Positions 46,930 to 59,900 of a DNA stretch of 60,820 nucleotides are shown here, piece after piece. Both the position numbers and the translations under genes were made by a program. Below the pieces are notes generated by a model, which worked only from the letters and a program-made list of their open reading frames with translations, searched no databases and was not told where the DNA came from. Numbering within the stretch: position 1 is the stretch's first letter; every line of letters begins with the position of its first letter. Origin of the DNA: Nemertoderma westbladi (taxonomy: Eukaryota; Animalia; Xenacoelomorpha). Where the stretch lies: positions 1 to 60,820 of the forward strand of contig JAUCBJ010000506.1 of the NCBI GenBank assembly GCA_032718475.1. The letters run 5' to 3'.

Positions 46930-47475
46930 TACGTACAGTATGACATCAGACAGTTTGTAAGTTTGCCCCTGCCTATCTCCCATAATGCCTTCACGCTCAA
47001 CTCAAAACGGTTTTCTATTGTTGCGAGAATTGGTGGCACACCTTTCCGATTCGTTTGAATGGTACCTATTAGTGTAATATTACGAGATTGTAATTCTCGC
47101 AACAATCGTATGGATGTATAGAGCCGATCACACGTAATATTTCGTCCACCAAGTTTCTTTCTCTTTGAAGCAAAATCAACAAGTTTGATTACGACAGTAT
47201 CGTTCCCTTCCACATAGTGTGGTGCAACACGTTGTTGGGGTTGACTAAGTTGGGTCTCGGGTTCTTGGGCTAAGGTAGTTTTGACACGTTTCGCTGATTT
47301 GGTTTGGCCCAGTTGAGTTAGGGTTCGTTTGTCGGGTTTATTTGCCTGCTTGAGTGCAATCGGTTTACCGCAATATGGATCGGACGCGTATGTGAATGGT
47401 ATTCTAGCGTCATTCAATGATCGATTGTTTATACCATACCGCGCAGGTTTCGTCTTTATATATGTCTTTAAAGAT
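46930..47475 (-). pseudogene. piggyBac-type transposase central (DDD) fragment
   Basis: FKDIYKDE/YIKTKPARYGI region followed by PYCGKP, RNITCDRLYTS and GTIQTNRKGVP. Confidence 0.85.
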
Positions 47476-50400
47476 GATATAGCATGCCTAAAACATTTTG
47501 TGAATAAGTGTAATAATGAAACACAAATAATTGAAATTGAAAAGAAATAAAGAGGTTTAACTACTTTATATACTTATTAATATACTCACACTCGGTTACT
47601 GCAGTCAATAGCAAACACTGGCCAGTGCCCAGTCCCCATGATAGTGTACCTGTTCAGAGAGAGGTGCTTTCTTTCCTTCTATGGAATATGGGGCCTTAAC
47701 CCACCACATTATGCACCACATTGCTAAGCTAACTTGATCAAGTATTTTCATGTGGTCGCAAATATCTTTCAACTAAACTTGATAAAGTCTTATTTATGTA
47801 GGGATGGCATATACAATAACTTAAATAAATATAATAAATCCAGTATAGAAGTGAGAAAAGGTATATTATTTCATAAACAAATTAATTATCAGTAATATAC
47901 CGGCAATAGAAACAAGATCGTTATTATTTCTATATTACAAATCGTGATGAAATTTATTGTATGCAATAAAGAATAGTCTTTCTGTGTTTTTAATTAATTT
48001 TTTATTTTATTTATTTATTTGATTCGCTTTTAATGTCACAGTTTTTATAGTTTAATTTTAAAGTGTGAACTAATAATGTAATTTTAATCGAGTTCAGGAT
48101 ATTAAATGAAAGTAAATACACTTCTTGTTTACTAATAATGTAAATTAATACATTTTTTGTTTATAACCGCGCCATTTACATGAATTATGGTTTATTAGGA
48201 AACCATGTAAAACATTATACATTATAAAGGCACAGGTGGAAGGAAGACTAGAGTAGCAGCAGTGCACATAACATAGTTAGCAAGCAGAACCAGCAAGAAA
48301 GCGCCCTTTTAGATGCACAGCCCACCCACCACTCACATATCAGAGTACTTCCCATTGAATGATTGATTGAAATTTTATAACGGTAGTTGGCTAGCTTTGA
48401 TCAGTGCCGCTGTCCCATAGGGCTAATGTTAATATTCTCTCTCTTGGAAAACGATTTTCTGAGTAGATACACTTGGAACCAAATGTACCAATGTGGGTCC
48501 AGGGGAATGGATAATTAAATTCGTACTGTATCACTTCCACACATTGCAGACCAAATGAAACACCAATGACAACTACTCGTCTTACAAAAACGCAGCCATT
48601 ATGGGTTCAGATTACTGCTGTCTAATGCATATAATGCATATGTGCATAATGCTTATATATAATATAATGCATATAATGCATAATGCATATGCATATGTAA
48701 CCTCCGTATCTTCAATTGCCTTTCCCTCTAATGTAAATAAAAATAACGGGTCAATTTACCGCAGGCAAAATCAATTGTCTGACAGGACATTCCTGTCAGA
48801 CAGGAATGACCTGTCTCACAGTTAGAAGCAAAACGTGTGGATTTAATATAGCACTGTATCCCTACCCCCCACCCCCCACCCCTTAATTAACTTCTCTACA
48901 TTCATGAAGGGCCTATGACTTTCGATGGTGTTGCGTTATTTTATATAGCTAATGGTCTGAATGTAGAAACAGCGAAAGTAATATTATATGTTAATAAATT
49001 CACAAAGAAGGACAGGACTGACACGACGGTTTTCAATATCTGTTCGAATGTTTATTCCCTTAGCATTCTCATTGCTGCTTCTATCAGTCTATACTATGTC
49101 AGTGCCATATACCGTAGCAACCAACAACATTCTATAGCCAGGTTGGTGGAAAAGCCGTTCAAAAATAAATCACGGTTGGTTAGATTTCTAAGCGGCGTCA
49201 AGAAGTGTTATGGTTAATAGATACTGCACTGTTGGCGCATCCGGGGTTGGCGGACACCGCGGCTGTCACTCATCCTGGACCTGTCCTGCATTGTTTATTT
49301 GACAAAAGGTAGCGGCAGCCACACACTCTTTAAATCACTTAGATTTAAGTAGGCCTACCTGTCTTCAGTCTGGGTAACAGACGTTTCGGTCTAAGACGTT
49401 TTGGCCTAGGACGTTTCGGCCCAATGAATGAAATGCAAGATTTGCTTGTCGGACGTTTTGGCCCAAAGATTCACTTTACTCCCTTAAATAAGTTATTCAA
49501 TATATTTTTTTTGTAGTTGTTACCATCGTTACTAGAGGAGTTGTCAGTTGGAACTGCTCCACCTGTTTGAAGATCGAAGTTCTACATTATATTTATAAAT
49601 AATAACTAATGTAATATTATTATTATTTATTTATATAAATTTACACCATACTGTAACTTAGAAGAAAGATAACATATGCTGACAAATTAACTTTAGTATT
49701 ATGGATGGGGTTTCTCCCCTAAAAAAAAACATACATATTTTAACATGTGAGTTAATAAATAAAGTACATTAAAATACACCGAATTAAAAATATTACTGTA
49801 TTTTAATGTTAGATTTAAAAATATAATAGATAAGAAATATTCCATTACAGGAGCATTGTTAATAATTATGAGACAGACTGGATGTCATATGGAATGAGAT
49901 AAAATATATGCGTATTAAATTTAAATTTAGATGAAATATATGCGTATTAAAAGGGCCAGAGTGGATGTGAAGTGAAATAAAATATGTATTAATAAAAGCA
50001 TTATACGTCGTTATCTATGGGTATAAATCAAAATCATCTATCATCGAAGATGATAGTAGTTATTGTTTCAACAGGTCATTAAGATATAGCTGCAATACAC
50101 TGTCCAGCTACAATAATTATCAATTGAGTAGTGTTTAAAATTAATGAAGTATCTCCAAAATATATCGATCAGACGAGATTTAAGCCCTAAATGGTTCGTG
50201 AAATTGATTCACTTTGGTAGTACTGTATATTAGTTTCAGATAATTTTTACAGTTGATCCAACATAACAGATAAAATCATTAATTCCAATTTTTCTAATTC
50301 TTTAAAATATTTTTATAAAAATACTATCCTTAAAATCAAATCATTACTACTTATGATACATTAATCAATCGTTGATAACTCAGAACCACCAATACTCTAA

Positions 50401-52429
50401 TCCAAATCTAATGTAGTATAATACAGTATAATTCTAAGGCTTTATTTATACTTACAATATACTGTTACCAGTTACCAATTACCGGTACACCGGTAGCAAT
50501 TTCCGCGGACAATTCAACGGACAAAAAAAATTCTTGTGGATCTAAAGCACTGTATCCTAGTGGACCATCGAATCCTTTGACAATCAGTGAATAACTACTA
50601 CACACAGCCGCTCCACTCCCCACCCCCATCTCTCTCTCTCTCTCACAAACTCAGCTGTCCTACCAAACTAATGTGTTCTATACTATCTCCCTATAGAACC
50701 TGTTGTATTACATCTAACCAATATTAGTTAACTTATCTACCTTCATGAAGGGCATATGAATTTCGATGGTTACACCATGGCCTACTATATATAGTAGGCC
50801 ATGGTTACACCAAATAATTCCACTCTGCTACTAATGACTCACCAGCAGATATCTTTTCCAGCGGCCTTCATTGATTGGCTAAATTCTTGGCTATCATTTG
50901 GTTATCATTATGTTCTGCCTGTGCCGCCTATAAGCAAACCAACAACAATATTCTGTACATTATTACTGTTCTGGGTTTGTGTATTGAATTATTTTATATA
51001 TAGCTAATCTGCTAATGGCCTCAATGTGTAGATCGATGCGCGATCGGACCACTTTTCTTCATATTTGTTTAGGCCTAAGGCAGCAACCCAGGTAGCATAC
51101 AGTAACCGCATTTATATTTATTTATATTAATTAATTGCTTTAATTTTAGGTGTAAGCGTAAGTACTTTGTAAACATAGGCCTGTCTACCTGTCACATACA
51201 GACATAGGCCTGTCTTTTTATATGCCTGTATAGTAAAATTCTGAGAATATATTATCAGGTGATATAAACTGATTATTAATTCGAATTTGATTAATTAACT
51301 GCATTCTGGCGTTACCACAGGACCAAGTTTGTGTGCTACCCACCACTCTGCCACTCCCAAATAGACAATTGACAAACTTTCATAGAGTTGCCTCAAAGAA
51401 AGGTCCTTGACACAATCAAAGGTGCAAAGTTCATCATGACATTGACAAAGTGCTGTAGGCCAATCCGAGCTAGAGGTACCACCAGCGGTACCGGTACATT
51501 TCGCCATAATCAAGTACCGGTAATCCAGAATTATAATACAGTAATATCGGAATATGAAAATCAGTCTAAAAACACTGACTGTATGTACTGCTGTATGCTA
51601 CTGCTACGCTACACACTCTGATACTAGGACTATAATAATACAGTATCCTGGTATCGGTACCGGCTGACCGGTAATACCTAATAGCAGTATAGCCTACCTG
51701 TAGCAATAGCAGTTGCAGTATAGTGCCTGTCAGCCTGTAGGCTTGTGTTTGTTGAGCTGATTGCAGGTAGCGAAAAATCATGGGTCCCCATATGTGATAG
51801 AGCCTGTCACTTCTATGCTATATCAGTTCAGTACATGGTAGGCCAATACTTAGGCTGTTAGGCCACCAGTATTGGTTCTGTGGTTTGGAAGCAGTGGAAT
51901 TGTGGTTTGGAAGCAGTGGAATTGTGCACTGGAAGGCACCCAACCACCCAGACCACTCACCGTGGTCTGGTGGTACTTTAAATTAATCTAATTATTAATT
52001 AATCATAATAATTAATTTATCTAATCTCCCGGTTTCCATGATTTAACATACTGTAGCTACTGTACTAAGCTATATTACTATATACTAATACTAATATATA
52101 TTATAGCTAAATTGCAAGTAATGCTAGCTGTAGTAATACTACAGCAGCAATAGTACTATACTAATTAATACTACAATAGTACTATACTAATTAATACTAC
52201 AATAGTAATACTAACAGTTGGCCGTGTCTCACAGCTACCTCCTACTGTATTTCAGATACTCTCATCCCGGTTTCACAACACTACTGTCACTAAATGTGGA
52301 ATGCCTCAGTACTGGTTCTGCTACTGCAGTACCTACAAAATCTATATATATGTATCAATCAAGAGATTAAATAATGTTTTTATAATCTGAGGCGAATCGG
52401 AGCAGCACTTAGCTGCTTAGCGATAGTCC

Positions 52430-52785
52430 AGGCATTATTAAAAAAAAAGGGTTGAAAAACCAATACGAATAAAAAAAGTAAATTAAAAACTGGTATTGAA
52501 GAAAAAGAAACGGTAGTAAAAAACAGTAAGAAAAAGGCAAATAAATCATGGTAATTAAAAAGGAAAGTCAAAACTTTTATAGGCAATAAAGAAAAAATGA
52601 ATAGTAAAAACCAGGTAAAAAAAGGCATTTAAAAACTGGTGATAAAATACGAATGTAAAAACTAATAATAAAGAAATGGGAAGAAAACCAGTAAGAAAAA
52701 ACGGCAAGTAAAGTCTGGTAGGCCTAATAAAAAAGGAAAGTAAAAACTGGAAATTTGTAATAGAAAAGGAAAGTAAAAACTGATA
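52430..52785. repeat. Degenerate A-rich tandem repeat (AAAAACTGGTAATA-like)
   Basis: Recurring AAAA(A)CNGGTA blocks about every 25-30 bp. Confidence 0.6.
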
Positions 52786-53147
52786 GATTGCTCAACCACT
52801 GATACCTCCTTGGTTTGGCCGCTGGTTCCTATTGCTACTTCGATCTTTCTATCTAAACCATGTACCTGTACTTCACACATTCATTTAAGTCTCTTTGGGT
52901 TGTGAACTCATAACTCAGTTCTACCCGGTAGTTACTGGTACGATTTCTTGTAGTTCAATTTTAATTTTAATAGCGCTCATGGTACTTTCACACCTCACAT
53001 ACTGTACTGATGTTACTCTTATTCCACTGTTTTAGTAGCATTCTTACAGGTAGGCCTTCATTAACTTAATTACTTAAATTTACTGCCCAAATTTTCAATT
53101 ATAATTAAATTAAAATCGTATTCATACCTTAAAATAATTGTGCTGTC

Positions 53148-53450
53148 TAGCAGCTCCAACGGCATCCCGGAGTTCATTATGCTGCTGGATTACCAGGCCC
53201 CCCCCCCTTCTTGCAGTTGAGGCCGTGGTTTAGGTCGAAGCCTGAACCACAGCCGTCACAGCGACTTGGGACCCCCACCAGCGGCCTACCGTACTGGATG
53301 GCTAGCGCGTCCCTCAATTCCTGTGGAGACAGGTCAAACTGGTGTTCCGCCAATGGGACTGACGAAACCCATCCGCCTGTCTTCATCTCGGTCAGTGTAT
53401 GGGTGGTATCGCCACCCTCGACGGCCGCGCCCACGCCCACCACCTCGTCA
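53148..53450 (-). pseudogene. CRE-like non-LTR retrotransposon fragment (CCHC knuckle region)
   Basis: PLAEHQFDLSPQELRDALAIQYG...CDGCGSGFDLNHGLNCKKGG, then a frameshift to LVIQQHNELRDAVG. Confidence 0.8.
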
Positions 53451-54132
53451 TGGGTGAGTACTCATAATATTAATAATAGGATTACGGCCGTTGATGTGTA
53501 TTCGGTCCATGTTTCTAGGTATGCTTAATAATCAATTTGGTGCACACCACTTGTGTTTGTTTTTTTAAATAGCCCATTTAGAGGAAAAGCAGCAGGTTAA
53601 TGAGGCGGGCTTTTCTAACCAAAACAATAAACGATCACTTTTCCATTCAAATATAATTGCTTTACTCAAGCAAGTATAATTGCAGTAATTTAAGTTACTT
53701 TTTTACTCAGTTCGTAAAGGTGTCAAATATAATTGCTCTACTATTTTATTCAGTTCAAAAAGGTTTAGAAGTATAATTGCACTATTTCAATGTACTTTTA
53801 TTTCCAATATCTTGCTGAATGTTTGATAGGCCTACATCTGATGCAGAAAACAATATTTGTTTTTGTCAAGGATTTGCAGAAATCGTCTATCTTAAAGGAA
53901 CAAAATAACAAATCTACACAGATCAGATATAGTGCTGTCAGTTGAGTAGTAAGGATATTTCTGATCTTCTTTTAGGACAAAAATTGCCAGTGTACCGGTA
54001 TATACAGTAGGCCTAGTTAATTCGTCACCTGATGCTAACTTTTCTCTTGATATTGGTACTGGCAGACATGGCTATTAAGTTATCTCTCTAATCGTTGCAG
54101 ATTTGTTGCATATATGATCCATTCCACAGGAA

Positions 54133-54227
54133 ATGACTGACAAACAACTAATACATAATGTAACTGACATTTGTTTCAAACAAATGCCAGTTACATTATG
54201 TATTCAGTACATTGTGTGTCAGTCATG
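54133..54227. repeat. Long hairpin/palindrome
   Basis: 54150-54176 pairs with 54178-54204 (one mismatch); outer ATGACTGACA/TGTCAGTCAT. Confidence 0.8.
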
Positions 54228-54426
54228 TTGCGTCGTTATGGCAAACCCCGCCATCTGTGTAAAGTGTAAAGCTAAATGAGTAAATCTAAATAAGAACAAA
54301 ATGTCCGTTAAAGTGTTAAATTGTGCACTGGAATACAGTGGCTGAATTCGGCCAAAATTAATTATATTATGGAAACAAGTTTTTGGTGATGTTGTAAAAT
54401 TAATTATATTATGAAAACACGTTTCT

Positions 54427-55376
54427 CACCCAGACAGTCTGGCGCCAATGACACTCATAAGGTGACATTGGGTGTCACCCAGACAGTCTGGCGCCAGTCA
54501 GTGGGGTCTGTCTAACTGTCACCAAGCCGGCCAAGACTCTACTACTAATGTAGTTGAAGGGAAGATAGTTTGTCCGTGTTGCTGTTCAGAATTAAAGTCC
54601 AGTATATCAAAAAAGCTGATTGTACATCTCCATAAGAACATTACCTAGTACATTACCCACATTGTAGACGTACTGCCCATGGTTATCGCCAACAAGGGTG
54701 ACCCGACAATCAGCTAACTGATATTGTGCATGTGTGTTTTGTGAAGTTCAATTATTTTATATTATTTTATATAATTAGTTGGCACATTATACTTTCTATT
54801 TAAAGTGTACATACATATAATATATCATTTGTATTCTTAAATTGTTACTTTTTCGCTCAAATATACCCAAAACCCTTTTTTCCTAATCAGGACAATCAAT
54901 GCCTTTGCTGAAGATTAAGAAGTTCCGTGATGTTCCCATGACGATACCTGTGCCCTCTTCCCTTTTTCTTTAGATGCCAACTGTGAGCCGGAAATTTTCA
55001 AGACAAGGGGTAGCACATCAACAGTAACCTTGACTTTTTCTGCTACTGACTCCTTGAAAAGGACCTTGGCCCTTTCCTCTTTGCCAACAGCATATTTAGT
55101 GAGATAGCTGACCATGAGACGCCTGCCTATCACATACTTGTACCTTAGTACAAGAACATGTAAAAGTAAATAGGCATGGGATGGTGGGGACAAAAAAACT
55201 CATCACTACAGGCTGGGTAGTGATATTTCCAGCCCAGAAATTTTGGTGTAATAAACGTTCCCCTTCACCATCCATTGTTGTCAGTCCAAGAGATTCCATG
55301 ATATCCATGGTTTTGTTTGAAAAAATGTTTTTGTGTTCAATGAACACTGCTTCAGAACGTTCTAGGTACTGAGTAT
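54427..55376. repeat. Direct repeat, copy 1 (copy 2 at 59901-60820)
   Basis: Collinear high identity with small indels; offset 5474 at the start and 5444 at the end. Confidence 0.95.
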
Positions 55377-55769
55377 CCTTCACCATTCCTTGGTAACAAT
55401 TTCCTTCACCCTTATTATAAGTCTCAATTACTTTCTTTGTTGTGGGGCCATGATTGGTCCACACAACTGCATAATAATGCTCAATTACTTTCTTTGACTC
55501 ACAATTAAACAAACATTGTTATGTAACCAAGGAATCACGCAAATATTTTCCTTTTTAATTTCATTCCAAAAATAGATCTGTGACATAATGGTAAATGTAG
55601 AGTTTAGTTGAAGCAACACTTACCCTCACACTGAGCAACTCACTACACTTCACACTTTACAAAGTTCACCACTCTGACTCCCTCTACATTGTTTATTATA
55701 GCCGTAGGTTGGTAATTATACTCAGTAATAATGGATAATTGATTAACCCAATTAGTCGCTTGGCAATTG

Positions 55770-55893
55770 TTAGAGCACTCTCATGGAGAATCAGGATGGT
55801 TGTTAGAACTTGCTCGGGGAGAATAATGTTGGTTGGTAGTGCATGCTCAGGGAGAATAACAGCAGTTGGTAGAGCGTGCTCGGGGAGAATAAC
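55770..55893. repeat. ~33-bp tandem repeat, about 4 copies
   Basis: Unit approximately GTTGGTAGAGCGTGCTCGGGGAGAATAAC. Confidence 0.75.
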
Positions 55894-56554
55894 TAAAATA
55901 ATAACTAATAATAACTAATAACTAAAGTAACTAAAATTATTTTAATTACTCAAATTAATTTATCTTCAATCTGCAGCTTGCTTTAACCTATTTTATTATA
56001 TCATATTATAAAGGAATGTTAGTATTAATTAAAACTTACACCTTGGTTCCTCCCCGAAATCTTTTGATTCCTCCCAGTTTTCCTGAGGAAAGGGATGTAT
56101 GTACCGGTCCTCCTCGGCCACCGCTTTCTCTTCCTCGAGATATTCCCGGTATAAGTAATGGCCATACCAGTTGGAGGAGCTCCAGAGGCGCTCCAACTTC
56201 TCTAATGCTCAAATCGCGAGCTCTTGCTCAATCAGGTCTTCATCCCACGCCATTTCCTCCTGGTATCTGAGATGTTGCAGATATGCAGTGACTGCTTCCG
56301 GCCTGCTCTCCATAGTCTGCGTGTCAGTTGTTCTGGTTGTGGTTGGGTAGGGGATGTTGGACCCATCGGTGATGGGTGTAGTAGCTGTGCTGGTGGTGGA
56401 GACCAGTGCCATGGGGTAGCTAGCTGGGTGCTGGTGGTGGAATCCCTGATAATAAATAATTGGCGAATTAACAAGTTTAAAATAATCTGGTAAATTATCA
56501 AGTTTAAAAATGTAAAGAGTTTAAAATAAAACGTCTGAATTAATCGAACTCAAA

Positions 56555-56590
56555 ACTGATGAAGAATGAAAGCCCAACTCGGTTTATATA
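56555..56590 (-). promoter_or_regulatory. TATA box + TCAGT initiator core promoter
   Basis: Minus-strand TATATAAA (56590-56583); TATAAA begins 31 nt upstream of the A of TCAGT (56557). Confidence 0.55.
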
Positions 56591-57460
56591 GCATCAGCAC
56601 AGAGGGAACATCGTAACAGATTCAACGAGAGGTGGCTTTAATGAAAGGGTTCCCAGTGATAAGTCGTTAGGAGGCAGTAGTAATTATATAATGGTAATAA
56701 CTAAGGGGATATAACGCATGAATGTCAGCCTGATTTGGGCCCTCAAGCTTATCAGCGATAGATATATCTCACATGTCGGCCGGCCCTCACGCAAATTAGT
56801 GGCGCCATGACTAACGGGGCGCTTCAAAGACAGTCTGGCTATAGTAGAGTAAAATCAGCATACGAGTCCATAGCTAAAATACATCTGCCATGGAGTCTTC
56901 ACGCAGCACTGTGCTCACCAACTTTATTTATAAAGCTCTATATTTTATTTTTCCGTAAATATACATCACTCGGATTAATCAGGATTAATCATGAAAATCG
57001 CTAAATAATGTATTTTAATTAAATTCAACTCTGGCAAACAACTTACATATCGGGTTTGTAAAGAATTCATAGGGATTGGCTGTTTATTTAGGGAATAACA
57101 TTCAAATTGATTATGAAGGAGCAATAGGGTCATTAACGGTATGCTGAGGCTCACTTACTTCATGGCTCGCTCTCATAGTATAGATTAGCTAATAGAGAAA
57201 AATGAAAAATATCCGGTTAAACTTTTAGTTTTTTAAACATATAAGGGGGAAACAAGAATAAATAATTTTCCGACAACATCAATAATAAATAATATAACGA
57301 CAACAGATAAATAATTTACCAACAACATTAATGTTAAATAATATAAGAACATCAACAATAACAAAAGATATGGTTAGAACCGTTTTTATTAAATAAGACT
57401 GTTTACTGTTTATATTAACAGGGTTGCTGGCCTCCGAGAATAACGTTTGGTTTAACCCTT

Positions 57461-57964
57461 TTAGGGTTCGATAATATTAACGGCTGCGATAATTTTCTCT
57501 ATAATAGCTTGTTGAGATAACCTTTTCCTGGGGGGTGAAATAGATTTAAGGTGTGTATGCTGCGGGAGAAAAATGCCTTCTCTGAGAGAGTGTTTTAGTA
57601 AATCGAAAAGGCGTGCAATGGTAAAAGTCGTTGGATAGGGTAATAGTGTTGGTATTTTTCGTAATGGTGAATATAATTTCTGCTGGTTTGCTCTCAATAT
57701 GGATGTGAGGACTGAGATAGTAGTGGGTGCTGGGTGGTTTGGTCGGATTAATTGTGAGAAAATTGCTGCCCCTAATATTGAGACCGTTGGTGAACTGAAA
57801 AGTGGTATTGTATTCTCTTCGTCTTTCATTAAAATGGGCAAGATACCAACATATTTTTCGGTTTTGAACTTATAGATAAAGGCTGCAATATTGTTATTTC
57901 TGAGATAATGTTGGTGATTGGGGATCGTAATCTGCTTTTGTTTGAAAGCAAATTGTATAGCCAT
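57461..57964 (-). CDS. Orphan ORF (167 aa; open about 25 codons further upstream), function unknown
   Basis: Open frame of non-repetitive composition in AT-rich DNA; no recognisable motif. Confidence 0.3.
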   Translation of the reverse strand: MAIQFAFKQKQITIPNHQHYLRNNNIAAFIYKFKTEKYVGILPILMKDEENTIPLFSSPTVSILGAAIFSQLIRPNHPAPTTISVLTSILRANQQKLYSPLRKIPTLLPYPTTFTIARLFDLLKHSLREGIFLPQHTHLKSISPPRKRLSQQAIIEKIIAAVNIIEP

Positions 57965-58934
57965 AGCCTTGAATCTGATTAGAGCTTCACGCGCTTGAAT
58001 CGTGTTAGCTATAGTAAAGGATTCATTAAATATTCTCTCGGTTATCTGTAAACAAATTCTGAATCACTGATACAACTTTGTATCGATATTCGCTCGGAAA
58101 TGTTGTCTTTGTAGACGTTAAGTTCATTGCAGCAGACATATTCACTATCCTCGATGGTTGAATCGAACCATTTCAATTCGCCGACCTCAGGTGGTGTAAG
58201 AAGAATCATGCCCCGAGAAGAAACAATAGCCTTTCCATCGTCAACCTTGTAGCCATTCATTCATTCAACAGAACGCCCGGGCGAACTGGTATTATATTAG
58301 TTAAAATTAAGTAAAATAGCACCATGGCTAGAATAAAATGCATATATATATATATAGTAAAAGCACCAGACAAAGAGAGAGGGGGCGAGGCTCTGGTTCG
58401 AGCAACTGGGAATGGGTAATGGGAGGGAACATACTTATGAACAGTGCGTGCCCATCAGCCGACCGCAACAGTAGAGGTGAGCTAACTCATAGAGTACGTA
58501 TATTGGCAGAACTCATACTCGTTAAATTACGTTGAAGTATTCTAGTATGAGAGAGCGTTTCTGCTCAAGACTCAAAGCACTTGTGTTGAAGACAGTGCTT
58601 ATAAAGTTAGCGGAAATTCTATCCCGCTCTGTCGGATTACTCCTGCTAATCCGTGACACAACAGATGAATTTGAGTAATAAAATGTTGAAATAGAAAAGG
58701 GGCGTGGTAGGGCATACAAGGAAACTGCAGTTCGGTAGCCAGAGGAAATGCCCTTATAATGCGTATAACGATGTAGATTACTATTGGTGATTGCTAAATT
58801 GCACTCATTCTGAATATTTGTAACAAACCCAAAAGTGCAATAGTCAAAAGCAACCCAATTGCCTGGTTTTAGGACAAGGTGAGTAGTAGGAGTAATAAAA
58901 GGGCGACAGATGTTTACATATTGTTGAAATAAAT

Positions 58935-59230
58935 TTGGCGCAGAAGATCAAGAAGATCCACTACAGGTCTGTCTGTGAGGAGCGGAGGATCGAATTTACA
59001 CCATTAGTGGGCACCACCGATGGCATCTGGTGCACCGAGACCCAGATTTTAATCCACCATCTCGCAGAAATGCTTGTCGCAAAGCGGGATGGCATGCATG
59101 GCAGGGGTCTCGCGTGTGTATTGGGGGGCATTCGGCGTCGATTGCTCTTCGCACTCCTTCGCTCCAGCTCCCTATGTCTGCGAGGGGGTCAATGACCTTG
59201 GTGTGGCCTAGGGTTTGGTGATGGTGTGGG
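58935..59230 (+). pseudogene. CRE-like non-LTR retrotransposon extreme C-terminal (REL) fragment
   Basis: KKIHY..VCEERRIEFTPLV.TTDG...E...L.HHLAE.L...IRRRLLFALLRSSSLCLRG. Confidence 0.75.
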
Positions 59231-59900
59231 GTTACGGGGCTACAATCTGACGGGGCAGTTCTAATGGCGTAGTGGATTGCACGATAACCATGGACGACGA
59301 ACTCAAATGTAGGGATGCGTGACTTCTGGTTACAGATGACACTTCCGGCTGAACTCGTGCACTAACTATAATCTTAACTGGTTGAACTATTAATGTGCTT
59401 TTAGAGTCGGTAGGAGCTCAGTCCTGGTTGGTTTGAAACGTCTAAATAATATATACCGTATAGCCTATATCATAAAGTAAAAGTTAATATATACAATTAA
59501 TTAATTTAAAATAAAGTAGAAATAAATAATTAATTTTAATTTAAATACAAATAAATAAAGTAAAAGTAATACAATTAATTAATTTAAAATAAAGTACAAA
59601 TAAATAATTAATTCAAATTAAAATTAAATACAAATTAATAAAGTAAAATTAAATACAAATAATTAATTCAAATTAAGTACAAATAAATAAGTAATAATAA
59701 ATAAAAGAGCTGCGGTGTCACTTATGACACCCTCTTGGCGACAGTTAGACAACACTGACACCATTGCGTATCGGATTGATTAATTAGGATAATCAATTAA
59801 ACCCTAATTAGGAGTCGTAAGACACCTATTAGGGTTTAATTGTAGTAATTAATTGATGACACCTGTCAATTAGGGTCTAATTAGCCTAATTAGGAGGTGT

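Noticed and set aside
56556-56572. CTGATGA...GAAA hammerhead-like words
   Set aside because: Only AGAAT lies between them; there is no stem II or flanking helices.
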